A stretch of 63,944 bases of DNA, the filler included, from Octopus bimaculoides (taxonomy: Eukaryota): NCBI RefSeq assembly GCF_001194135.2. It is 10 parts of 9 records of this genome, joined end to end, with 100 filler letters (N's around TTAATTAATTAA, not from the genome) between each part and the next. Parts side by side here need not be neighbours in the genome. Positions count along the whole stretch, not along the records: positions 36,290 to 60,055 come from NC_069000.1; positions 60,156 to 62,154 come from NC_068985.1; positions 62,255 to 63,944 come from NC_068992.1; 7 more parts are not named here. One strand, 5' to 3'. A program made the translations under genes and the position numbers. Positions 51,378-63,944 of the stretch are shown piece after piece (the stretch's first letter is position 1; every line of letters begins with the position of its first letter). The notes beneath the pieces are model-generated. The model made no database searches. It was not told the origin of the DNA and worked only from the letters and a program-made list of their open reading frames with translations.

Positions 51378-51804
51378 AACTTATAAATATGTGTGTGTGT
51401 GTGAGTGTGTGAGTGTGTGTGTGTGTGCTACCAAAAGTGAATAATATCAACATTAAAGGCATGAAATCGTAATGATTCTTTGGACGTTGACTGATACAAA
51501 TTAGATACAAACTTCCCATTTGTCATGTTTTTCTAAAATATTCTGTTTGTTGTGTTTTCGTTAAATTTTTGAAATATATTTATGTAAAGCTATGCACTTC
51601 TTATTTTTTTTACTCATTTGTAAAATATCATCCTCCTCCTTTAATGTCTGTTGTCCATGCTGGCATGGGTTGGACGATTTGACCAGGGCTGGCAAGCTGG
51701 GGAGCTTGCACCAGACTCCAGTCTGGTTTGGCATGGGATCTATGGTTGGATGCCCTTCCTAATGCCTGCCACTTTACAGTGTACGCTCGAGCAGGGCCTA
51801 CAAT

Positions 51805-52190
51805 GGTGATGAGGAAGAGTAGGAGGAGGGGAAAGAGGAGAAAGAAGAGGAAGTGAAGGAGGCAGAAGAGGAAGTGGAGGAAAAAGAAGAAGCAGATGAA
51901 CAGGAGGGAGAGAAAGTGGAGCAGGAAGAAGAGAAATATGAGGAAGAAGTGGGGGAGGAGGAGGAGGAAGAAGAGAAGGGGGAAGAATAGGAGGAGGAAA
52001 TTGAAGAGGAGAAGAAGAGGATGAAGAGGAGAAGAAGAGGAGGAGAAGGAAAAGAAGAGGAGTAACAGGAGTGAGAGGAGGAGGAGAAAGAATAAGAAGT
52101 GAAGAAAGAATAAGAAGTGGAGAAATAATAAGAAGTGGAGAAGGAAGAGGGTGAGGAGGAAGAATAAGAAGATGATGATGATGATGATGA
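51805..52190. repeat. Polypurine (GAG/GAA) low-complexity tract
   Basis: The + strand is almost all A/G. All three + frames lack a long ORF because of TAG/TAA interruptions. Confidence 0.9.
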
Positions 52191-52713
52191 TAGCAATGGC
52201 TCTAACATAAGAGAGAGGTCTGCTAAAAGATGGCTGGTTTAACGATGTTTTAAACTAATTCATATTTGCCACATTTTGCTGATTCAGACGTGTGAAAAAA
52301 AAAAACAGAAAGCGAAGTGCTAATATGGCTGTGATATAAAGAGTGTCTGCTTTAACACTCACTGTTTAAAAAAATGCTAAGATGCACTTCTTTACTTATT
52401 CAAATGGAAAATGAGGCAAAATTCTGCATTCAATATTCTCTTACGTTTCCTGTCTAGAAACAAGTGTTAAGCTGTGTTTTCTTCTTAGAGGAGTTCACAG
52501 TTTGAGACTCCACAGTGAAAAAGATGTAATGTTATTATGATATTAAGATTAATAATATGTCATCATCATCATTGAACATTTGTTTTCCATGCTGGAATGG
52601 GTTGGACTGGAAACTGGTAAGCTGGGGGAGCTGCACCAGGTTCCAATCTGATTTGGTACTGTTTCTATGGCAGGATGCTTTTCCTAATTCCAACCACAAC
52701 AAGAGTGGCTAGC

Positions 52714-52752
<39 letters not shown>

Positions 52753-52814
52753 TCCCGAGCGTCAAACTAATACATCCTTTTGTTGTTTACACCACCTGTC
52801 CATGNNNNNNNNNN

Positions 52815-52851
<37 letters not shown>

Positions 52852-52907
52852 TATGGTGATGCAAACAAGTAAAATAGGACTCAAAATATGAGTATATGTT
52901 TCTTTTC

Positions 52908-53010
52908 ATTAATATTTAGCAGAAGTAAGAGAGTGACTCAAGTTTGATACGTGCTAATGCATGAAACTCTCAGACCTTGAGTCACTCTGTTAATTCTGCT
53001 AAATATTAAT
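52908..53010. repeat. Hairpin: about 35-bp imperfect arms, 33-nt spacer
   Basis: ATTAATATTTAGCAGAA...AGAGTGACTCAAG inverts CTTGAGTCACTCT...TTCTGCTAAATATTAAT. Confidence 0.8.
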
Positions 53011-53173
53011 ATAAGTATTGGGTCATTAAGAATGAAATGTCCGATTTTCTTGTGCATCAAGTTTGACAGTCGTTAACTCTAATGTTTTATCCTAATAATT
53101 CTTTGTTTCACAGCATTGAAGAGTTACATCATCACTTTTCGAAATGCAGTTCATGGTGTCTGATTATATTGTG

Positions 53174-53302
53174 ACAGCTCGAAACATTCATGTGGTGTTT
53201 GGTGAAGATGTGGTGAATGAACATACTGCACGTCGATGGTTCAAGAAGTTCCGGTCTGGTGACTTTGCTCTTGAAAATCAGCCCCGTGGTAGACCCGAGA
53301 CT
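53174..53302 (+). mobile_element. mariner transposase N-terminal HTH fragment
   Basis: TARNIHVVFGEDVVNEHTARRWFKKFRSGDFALENQPRGRPET matches the mariner motif WF..FR.G.F.LED..R.GRP. Confidence 0.85.
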
Positions 53303-56300
53303 ATGAAATGGTGACGAATATAAAACTGTTTTACGAGATCTGCGTAGCTAATATCAAACCAGACACCCTTGATATATGTTGTTAGAGTTATGTTAACACC
53401 TATTTTTACTGTGTGACTGAAACTGTAAAATATTTAGACACACACATAAAAAATAAATAAATAAAATCAGAAAGTAAAAACAAAAGTTTAATTTTATCTT
53501 TTTCTAAGACAGGAAATATTAAAGAACTTATATGTCAGAACAATATTAAGCACAAATTTTTATTGTATTTTCTGCAAGTGTAAAATATGATGATTAGAGA
53601 AGTCTTTAGACGGCATGTGTAAAAGAAGACACTTATGTCAGAGTCATGTTAACAGACATTTTTACTTTATGTCGGAAACTAGAAAAATGTGTCAAATGAA
53701 GAAAACATCATCACACTCTGCCCCAGTAAAATCAGCTGAAAAATATGTTGCAGCAGCAGCAGTGGTGGTGGTAGCAACAGCAACAACAGCAGTTAGCTAA
53801 CCCTTTTATGCAGAGCTGTCTGAGACCAACCCTGACACTATGAAACAAACTTCCTGATTTTTAGTGATCAAAAAACACCCTTCCACCAAAATTTTCTGTC
53901 AATTTGTTCTACTCACCAGTTTAATATTTTAATTATTTTTTTATCATATATTCTTTATTATTTTCAAAATTAATTGAAACAAACATTGTTTATAAAGAAT
54001 AAAAAGTTTTGAATGGTACAACAATGCACTATAATACAAAAAAATGGACTATATACTTGTTGTAATTTAGTTATCTATAGTCCGATGATATTTTGGAATT
54101 ACAATTCCTTCTTCAGATATTCTTAGATGGAGTCACTGCTATAATCGGTTTTCCAACAGATTTTCTTTTTTCGGAAGCGTTTCAGTAGTGGTCTCACGAA
54201 GTTCCTTCTGGAAATTCTTGACAGAGATGTATGGCAATAAAAGGGTTGGTGCAATGATTACAAATTTTGGCACCAGATCAGTAATTTTGGGGGAACGACG
54301 AAGTTGATTACATTCACCCTAGTGCTCAGCTGGTACTTATTTTATGGACCTTTTTTTAAAAAAAAAAAACATTCACTCACTACAAGGTCCTTAGACCGAA
54401 GAAAACATAAGAGTGACTAGCATAAAATGGACGCTAGACAAAAGTTAATAAGTGACAATGTACATTAGACATAAGAGACTTGAGAGGAAAACAATAACAA
54501 CAACCACAACAATAATAATAATAATAATGATAATAATCCTTTCTATTATATGCACAAGGCCTGAAATTTGTGGGGAGGGGACTTGTCGATTATGTCGACC
54601 TCAGTGCTTCACTGGTACTTAATTTAATGACCCTGAAAGGATGAAAGGCAAGGTCAACCTTGGCAAAATGCCACTAAGCATTTAGCTCAGTGTTCTAACA
54701 GTTCTACCAGCTCACCGCCTTAATAATAATAATAATTACAATAATAATAATAATAATAATGGTTTCAAATTTTGGCACAAAGTTTTTAGTTTTGATGGAA
54801 TGAGTATAGTTAATCACAATACCTAACTGGTGCTATATTTTATTGACCCTGGAAGAATGAAAGATAAGGTCAACTTTGGTGAGATTTGAACTCAGGATAT
54901 ATAAAGAGTCGGAAGAAACGCCACTAAGCATTCCGTGCGATACATTAGCAATCCTGCCAGCTCAACGATAATAAAATAAAGGCATGCAGAAAATATACAT
55001 GGATGTCAAAAGGCCGTGTTGTCCATAAAATTCATAGAAGGGAAGCACGCATACAGCTAAATTGTAAATATAACGTGTTAAATCCATATTAAGAATGCAA
55101 TCTGTAGAGAGGCGTTAACTATAAAATATAAAATGCATAAAACTACCGGTAAGGAATTATGAGTTGAGAAAATGTAGAGTAGAAAAAAAAAAAAAACGAG
55201 AAAAAAAATGAAAAAAAAAAATGAAGTGCATTCATCATAAAGAAACATAACTGAATAATCTATGGGTTTGATTAGATTGTAGAGCGATTAAATTGTAAAC
55301 AAAATATAAGGTTTGACAGCATCATAGCAAAGACAAGACTTTGGTTTTATGGATTAATCTACAATTTAGCCATATTCACGCTTCATTCTTTAACTTTTAT
55401 GGATCACATGGCCTTTTGCCATATATATTTATTTTCCTGCATTTATTTATTTATTCAGATTTATTTATTTAGGATTATATATTCATTTTTGTTTTTATTG
55501 TATTTTTTATTACTTTCCCCCCCCCACCTTCACCCCTCCCTACCCTACCCCCAAATCATTGTAGTCAGTTTGTCTCAGACTTTTCCTTTTATGGATTTTT
55601 ATTCAAATTAAGGATATCAGCAAATGAGGTCTAATGGGCGAGGTGGCAGGTAGGGATGGGGGTGGGGTCAGTTATTCTTTTCTTTTTTTATTTCTTTTTG
55701 TTTTTGTTTCAACCTTCTCCCTCGATTCAAAACTTACCATTTTTTTTTTCAATGTATTCAGCTTGGTTCTAATTATATGTAAACATGTATAAGCATGAAT
55801 TTGCACATGTATATGTGTATGTGTTTTGCACACACATATACATCTATATACATATATACATGCTATCATATATATATATACAGAGAGAAAGAGAGACAGA
55901 GAGAGAGACAGACAGAGAGAGAGGGTGGAAAGATACATATCTATACGAACAGGTTGCCTTGAAGTTTTGAGGTTAAATTTGAAGAATTGTGATATGTAAG
56001 AAATAAATAGATTTGAGAGCTAAATAATGTGTTTAGTAAAAAAAATAATAATAATAACAACAACAACAATAATAATAATTCGTTTTATTTTAACAATAAT
56101 AATAATAATAATAATGTCTGATTGGAGGGTATTTCTGCATTTCTACAGCTACTACTGCTGTCATCTATTGGACACTTTCTCTTGGCTGCTCTCAAGGTTT
56201 TGACAGAAGCAATGGAGATGTCTGCCTGTTTGTCTGCTTCATTTTTTTCCCATTGTATTCCCTCTCTCACTGATTTATCTATTTATTGTTTAATCTCCAT

Positions 56301-59300
56301 TTTGGAAAAGATATTTTGGATTTGAAAATTTCCAGAAAAATATTAACAATAAAAGCTATGTATTTATTAAATTAATTGATTGGCTTTTAAATCCATTCAA
56401 ATATATATTCTTTTATTCTTCTATTTGTTTCGGTCATTTGACTGCGGCCATATATATATATATATATATGTATACATATATCATCACCATCATCATTGTT
56501 TAACATCCACCTTTCATGTTGGGATGGCTGAGATGGTTTTTACAAGTGCCAGCCAAACTGAAGCCTGTGCCAGACTTCTGTTACTGTTTTGGCAGGAATT
56601 TTACAGCTGGATGCCCTTCCTAACACCAACCACTCAGCAGAGTGGACTTAGTGCTTTTTACATGGCACAAGCACAGGTGAGGCCAGTTTTGGCAGAAGTC
56701 TAAAAGATCGTGTTGACAAATACCACCCAGATCATTAGAAAAACCCTCTCGACTTAAATGTCTCTACTGTGTTGTATTGTATGAATGTATTTTTGTACTG
56801 CTCTCCCCATTTCCCCATCCCACTTCCCCTCTCCAAACTTTCAGTTATGTTTAAACATCACCTAACCTTCACTTGCCCTGAGGTACTGGATGTGACCTGG
56901 CAGGTGATTGCATCAGACACGCAAATTAAGATAATAATAATAATAATAATAATAAATAATCTTCTCTATAACAGGCACAAGGGCTGAAATTTTAGTGATA
57001 ATAATAATGATTTCAAATTTTGGCACAAGGCCAGTAATTTTCGAGCAATAGGATAAGTCCATTATATTGAACCTCAATGTTCAATTGGTACTTATTTTAT
57101 CAACTGCGAAAGGATGAAAGACAAATTTGACATTGGTGGAATTTGAACTCAGAACATAAAGACAGACAAAATGCTGCTAAGCATTTTGTTCGGCGTGCTA
57201 AAAATTCTGCCAGCTCACCGCCTTTTTGGTGATAAAAATAATAGACTTTGTTACTTAATTAAAAACAATTATTAATAACACTTAAAGTAAATTACATGCA
57301 GACACTGTTAATTGCAACTGAACAGACAAACAAAAATGAACAACTTGATCCTTCAAAAATGCATAAACTTCAGATCTCTCAATTATTATTGGTGATAAAA
57401 TATATTTAATGAATCAGCTAATAGCATTGCCAAAAAAAAAAAAAAATTGGTTAAAATTCTTGGTGTTTGATTATCATCAGATTTAAAATTGGAAAAACTC
57501 TCTTAAGAATTTGTAAGAAGGAAAAAAAATGACCTTAACATGATGTGCTATTAAAGTCATATCAAAAATACATCAATGTTTAACACAGAAACACTTGAGA
57601 TAACAAAGAAAATGTATTATCATCACTCAATTTATATGTGATTCTTGCATATAGGAAGCTGGTAGAACTGCCAACCTTCAAAATATTGAAGAATTTCAGA
57701 GTTTAAGAAGGAAAAAAAAATATTAGGTTTTTAATATCATTGCCGTCATTGTTATTGTCCTTGTCGTCGCCGTTATCATCGCGTCGTCATCATCATTATC
57801 ATCAATCTTCATCTTTGCCATCTCAGTCTAGGAACTGAAACCTGGACTTAACGATATTGAGTTCAACACCTTAACCACTGTGCCACATGTCTCCACAAGG
57901 TATGTAGCCTAGTGACATAGAGTGGTACAGGATGGTACAACCTGATGCAGGGTGGTGGAGATTCTGCCTTTAGAGTCTGCAAACGGAATGGTGTGGGTGA
58001 AAGATTTTACAAGGTAGATTATCTCATCTAAAATGATTTAAGACAAGAAAGAGAGGTTGTATTAAAAAAATTTTTTTAAATATAATTTTGGAAAATATAA
58101 TTTTAGAAACAGAATATTATTCATTCGAAAATAATTCTTTGTAATTTTGGTCTAAAGCCAGTAATTTTGAGGAGTAACAGCAAGACAATTACATCAATGC
58201 CGGTACTTGACTTTATTCCATTGATCCCAAAAAGTTGAAAAGTATAAGTCACATTGGTGGGATTTGAACTCAGAATGTAAGTTGGTAGAAATGCCAGTAA
58301 GCTTTTTGTTGGTAGAAATGCCAGTAAGCTTTTTGCAGCTTCATTCATTTAATAAAGGTTTCAATTTTGGCACAAGGCCAGCAATTTCAGCTAAGGGATT
58401 AAGTTGATTACACTGACACCAGTGCTCGATTTTATCAACCCTGAAAAAATGAAAGGCAAAGTCAACTTCGGTGGAATTTCATCTCCATATATAAAGACAG
58501 AAGAAATGCCACAAAGTATTTTGGCCAGGCACAGTAACTATTCTACCAGCTCACTGCCTTATTTGATAATCTTAATGCAATAGCAATGGTAAAGAATTCT
58601 TGGTCAATAGGGAACAAGAAATCGGATGAATTAGTGAAAATGGGTGTACAATAAGACATAATAGATATTGATTACATTCGAGATTTATCCCAAATAAAAT
58701 CATTTTAGCAAAATCATAATGATTCAAGATTGGAAAATAATATTGGAAAGAATTAATAGATAAGCTATTAAACTTTAATCTGCCATTATCGCAACCTGTT
58801 TCATCATCTTATAAAACTTACTGCTTACTGCACATTACAGATAAACAACAATTTTGTTGGCTGTGTACAGGTAACATTTGTCTAATTTATATCCTATCGT
58901 GAACAGCTTGTGTGGAATCCCCTTTATGTTCTTGTGGAGTCTATTCAGTAGAGTTTATGATATTATTTATATTTCAATGCAAAAATTATCAGTTTGAGGG
59001 AGAGAGAGAGAGAGAGCAAGAGAGAGAAAGAGTGACAGACAGAGATAAAATATGAAAGTGACTTTTCAAAAGATTACCAATGTCAAAGCAACAATTGAAT
59101 TTCTAGGATCCACCAACCATTAATAAGATATTTCGATTCAGAAAAGCAACCAAAAAGATTTAACAGCAAAAGCATTAAAATTTTGATTATTTTTGTTTTT
59201 TTTTTCTTTGTTTTCGCTTTTTTAATTCTATTTAAAAAAGGTTGTTTTAGTAGGGCAACATATATTTTTTATTTAGTCAAGGCTGTTCTCATTCATAGAA

Positions 59301-59408
59301 AACATTTAAATTAAATAATTCAAAGAAATACATATTGTGTATATGTATATATACACACACACACACACACATCCACATATATGAGCATGTATGTATATAT
59401 ACATGCAT

Positions 59409-59451
<43 letters not shown>

Positions 59452-59482
59452 ATATATCTATATATGCATGTATGTGTATATA

Positions 59483-59590
59483 CAGGGTGCGGTGAATAAA
59501 TTATCTAAATTACACAAAAATGAAAATAAAACTGACATTTCATTTTAACAGGTATATTTACCAAAATTACATAAAAATATTTTGAGAGTG
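59483..59590 (-). mobile_element. Terminal fragment (3' end and TIR) of the same maT family as 8666-9703
   Basis: The reverse complement (ATATTTTTATGTAATTTTGGTAAATATACCTGTTAAAATGAAATGTCAGTTTTAT) matches 9726-9780 and continues to ...TTATTCACCGCACCCTG|TA. Confidence 0.75.
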
Positions 59591-59775
59591 TGTAATTTTT
59601 GAGCCCACCGAAAAGCTGTCAGTGGATATACTCGCCTTTGAGGCGGTCAGCGCTGCGTGTAACACAATCCATCATATGGTTAACAGTCAAATGAATGGAG
59701 GTGTAATAGAGATATTTTACGTAAATGGGTACATTCTGGAAATGGGCTGTAATGGGAGACGGTGACGGGGAAGTG

Positions 59776-59964
59776 AATTGTCGAAAGAAGTTGAGGAAGA
59801 GCTGACAGTGCTGGCAATCTTACCTTACCGCCTGAGCAGCACATGCCACTAGTTTCATTTGGAAATTTGAAAGCTTTGCAGAAACGCCAATTTGAGTGTA
59901 GCACACCAATTTGTACAGAATTATCGTTTTTATAAGGCTGGGATGGATCATATCTGAAAGCAGC
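59776..59964 (-). mobile_element. Helitron Rep/helicase N-terminal fragment
   Basis: 63 open codons: AAFRYDPSQPYKNDNSVQIG...FCKAFKFPNETSGMCCSGGKVRLPALSALPQLL, matching the Helitron AF.YDP...IG...C.A.KF..E..GMCC..GKV.LP motif. Confidence 0.8.
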
Positions 59965-60155
59965 TCCTGGTGTTGTGAAGAACGAATTTGCCTGTGGTCT
60001 ATTTCTGAGAGCTATATTGTATTGGACATCTGTTTAATATAGCGTGCTAAACGTTNNNNNNNNNNNNNNNNNNNNNNNNNNNNNNNNNNNNNNNNNNNNT
60101 TAATTAATTAANNNNNNNNNNNNNNNNNNNNNNNNNNNNNNNNNNNNNNNNNNNN

Positions 60156-60196
<41 letters not shown>

Positions 60197-63130
60197 GTGT
60201 GTGTGTGTGTGTGTGTGTTTGTCCCCTCCATCACTGCTTAACTACTGGTGATGGTGTGTTTACATCCCAGTAATTTAGTGCTCTGGCAACAGAGACTGGT
60301 GGAATAAGTACTAGGCTTTCAAAATAAGTCCTGGGGGTCGATTCGTTCAACTAAAACCCTTCAAGGCAATGCTCCAACATGGCCACAATCAAATGTCTGA
60401 AACAAGTAAAAAAAAAATAAAAGAACGACTGACATACAAGCAAGATTTTTTCCATTACTAAAATGTCAGCTAAATAGCTTCAGAATTTCATGAGTGAAAA
60501 ACTGCTGCAGCTACCAAAGCTGTTGTGGGCAGCGATAGAACAATTACACATCTCTCTTATTGCTCACACTTCTATACTTGATGATGTAAATATTGATTTG
60601 TTGCCAGCAATATTTTCATTTTTTTAAATTTCTTTTTTAATTAATAATGTATTTATTCTCTCAACATTTGGGGTTTTGATTCCTGTTTGAAGTCAGTTTA
60701 CTTTGTTTGTATTGCAAAGTTACCTGTCAAATTCTCTGCTTCCCACCCACTTCCACCAGACTCCTTCTTTACCTTCTTTGTGCTCAAATCATTTGTCATT
60801 TGTATTACATCATTAATATATGTAAAAGCTTAAGCTGCAGTAGTCAGACTGGCAGTAAATCTCCCTCGATAAAACTTATTGTTTATAGCCAAGTTAATAT
60901 AGTGCAACACCTATGAGTCAAATGACTGGTAAATTTTCTCTTTACCTGTACAGCACATTTACTGGCAAAAGTACTAATTTCTCACAGTAACAGCTGGAGT
61001 ACTTTTTATCAGGGGTTAAACGAAAAACTTACTAAAAATCATTCTACGCTCAAAGCATCAGAGAATTGTTTATGCATTGGTTGTAAATGAATGTCACTGT
61101 TATATAAGCGGTGTCGTTTGTTTGCAATCTTCTGTGAAAACATGTCCGGCCATTGAGCTGCTTGTGTTCAAAGGAATAAGGAAAATATTACCTTACTTGA
61201 AAACAAGTGAGGATTGGCAACAGGAAGGGCACCATGCTGTAGGAAATTTGCGTTGATTAATTTTGATTACCCTTGCAAACATGGTAAAGGGGACATTAAA
61301 ATGGTGATAATATATATACACACATACAAACATATGATATATGTGTGTGTGTGTGTATGGATAGATAGATGTGTGAATGTGTATGTGATATTAAACAGCC
61401 AGAAGGGAGATATATATTATATATCTCCCTATTAGTGACATAAAGAAGTGAACATTTTGCACCAAAAGCTAATATGAGAGTTTCTCTCATTGTAACTACC
61501 ATAGTATAGTTTGTTCTAACAAAATATCCTTGTTTAAGTGGGTGATGATAATGATGATACAGCCTGATGCGGCCATCTGGTTCGCCAGTCCTCAGTCAAA
61601 TCGTCCGATCCATGCTAGCATGGAAAGGGGACGTTAAACAATGATGATGATACATACACAGGTATGTGTGTGCATGTGTGATATTACACAGTAAGCTTTC
61701 TACTGTTTCAGTCTACCAGTTCCACTCATAAGGCATTGGTCAGCATGAGGTTATGGCAGGAGACCCGTTTATTTAAGCCTGTTACTTATTCTACCAACCT
61801 TGTTTGCTAAACTGCTAAGTTATGATATTTACTTTGTATTATATTATACTTATTTATTGTGCTTTTACTTATTAATTTTTCTATTAGAAATATTAGAAAG
61901 AATTTGGTGGGGAGTCAGAGAGAAAAAACATTTTTTGGTGGTGATTAACAGTTTGTACCCATATTTGAGTTCTTAATGAAATTTTGCTTTAGTCATTCTC
62001 TTGTAAATATTTTGTTTATGGTGGTTTGGGGTGGAGTTCAAAAGTTCAAGTTTCAGGAAGTCTTTTGAATTGAACTGGAAGCTTTTTATTCATGGTTTAG
62101 CCAGCTGTGTATGTGTGTGTGTGTGCGTGCGCATGTGTACTTGGAATCTATAGTNNNNNNNNNNNNNNNNNNNNNNNNNNNNNNNNNNNNNNNNNNNNTT
62201 AATTAATTAANNNNNNNNNNNNNNNNNNNNNNNNNNNNNNNNNNNNNNNNNNNNTATATATATAAATATATGCTTATATATATTATATACACATGCATAC
62301 ACACAAACACATACACACGCTACACACTCACACTCTCATACACACAAATATGCAATCACATGTTTTTACGTAAATATTAGTTTCATTTCACCACTAACAA
62401 TAATATGAATTTTTTTTTTCCACCTTTTAAGTTCAGCTTTCGTTTACTTTTTTTCTTTCCTTCACACTATACAAAGGAGTCTTTTAAATGTTAGCGAAAC
62501 AAATTAATAGCTTCAGGTTGTAAGTTGAAAAATTGTTAGCATTATCGTGTATGTGCAAAACGAAAACAATGCGATGCTGTATAAGAGAAAATGTAGGTAC
62601 TCTATAGACAATAGACTACTACATATAGAATAAATATTGTTGTTTTTATTGTTGTTAAAGTCGAGTGCAGCGCAACGTAATTGAAGATTTAGAAAATGAT
62701 TCCGCACGGAAATTTCCTTAACTTGCACAATTATCACTTTCATTCCTGTTTAGTTTATCAATGATGTACAACAGCTCTCGTCTTGTAAATGATACAATGA
62801 AATCTACTCAGTGATTGACATCTCATTCTATTGTGTTGCAATTGAAAATTTATGATGCTGCACTAATTTAAGACTCACTAAAATATTTGTAGCATTTCAC
62901 AAATGTGCGCATACCCTCCATATTATAAAGGGTGTGCACACCACATATATTATGTTAATGGTAATAGTAACATTTTCACTTTTTTATAGAACATTAACTA
63001 CATTCACTATTTAAGAAATAGCCTTGTCTTGCCCTCTAATCCATCTAATACATTTCTGGGCAAAATTCCGACACTTGAATTCATACTCATTAAGCATTTC
63101 CTCTATATGTGTGTAAACATGTATTTATGC

Positions 63131-63204
<74 letters not shown>

Positions 63205-63944
63205 AACGACTCATCATTATAAACAAAATTTCATCATAAGATGAGATATGCGCATAGTTAAACGTCGAAGTTGCGTTCATTATGTTGGATGTTTTTGTTC
63301 TTTTTGTCGTTATTTTATTATTTGATTTCAGTTTACGGGGATTATACTCTAATACTGGTTTAAAAGTCAAGGTATTAAAACGCTAATGAAATAATATCCT
63401 CCCAAAAATAGTATTAACTGTTAATATTTTCTAAATTAGTTGTTTTACTACCATAAAGTCATATAACGAGATCTTATCGAATGGCCTTCATTGATGTCCA
63501 ATTATATTTTCGTATATAGTGTAGAAGTTAAGAGGATTAAGACAAGATATTTATACATCTCTATATATCTATTTCTATGTCTCTCTCCCTCGCACTCTGT
63601 GTATATGTATATACATGTATAAACATATATATATATAATGATCATGATAATAATAATAATAATAATAATTATAAAATCAAAGAACAAAAGAATGAGATGT
63701 CGATATTAGATGGATAGAGGATGATATATATATATATATATATATATTACAAATTAAAAGGGTAAAGGATTATCAATTTATTAATTAATAAATCAATTAA
63801 CAATTAACAATTTTTACCAAGCCCATCGGTATGAAAGCACCATTATTGGTGGAGAACTTATTTAAAAGGTCATATATATTTATAAATATAATTAAGGGAT
63901 CAGCAAAGATTTCTGAACTTCGGTATGTGGTGAAGCAAATATTT

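Noticed and set aside
56085-56325. Overlapping short ORFs on both strands in unique-looking sequence
   Set aside because: No recognisable domain and no pair of convincing splice sites.

Overview
Animal draft-genome scaffold, AT-rich and dense in microsatellites, SINEs and decayed LINE/DNA transposons, with many N gaps. The repeat types and gap style suggest a cephalopod, probably Octopus (inference). Two genuine but partial nuclear genes for mitochondrial proteins are recognisable, facing tail-to-tail. HCCS (holocytochrome c synthase, + strand) shows its last two coding exons at 20320-20403 and 21534-21843. ABCB8 (mitochondrial ABC transporter, - strand) has clear exons at 31196-31271 and 29407-29547, plus a proposed ATG micro-exon at 33062-33066 and a presequence-like exon at 32139-32306. 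The missing exons of both genes probably lie in unsized gaps. A CpG-rich, YY1/CRE-bearing, apparently bidirectional promoter lies at about 33.05-33.45 kb, and its + strand partner gene could not be identified. Other content: Penelope-type minimal hammerhead ribozyme motifs, a full-length decayed DD37D (maT) transposase, R4/Dong-like and RTE LINE fragments, a Helitron fragment, TA-flanked MITEs, several long palindromes and interstitial TTAGGG-like tracts. Nearly all ORFs in the supplied track are artefacts of simple repeats, N gaps or the antisense strand of transposons. I found no convincing novel multi-gene system. The hammerheads, the ABCB8 5' end with its promoter, and the palindromes are the best leads.
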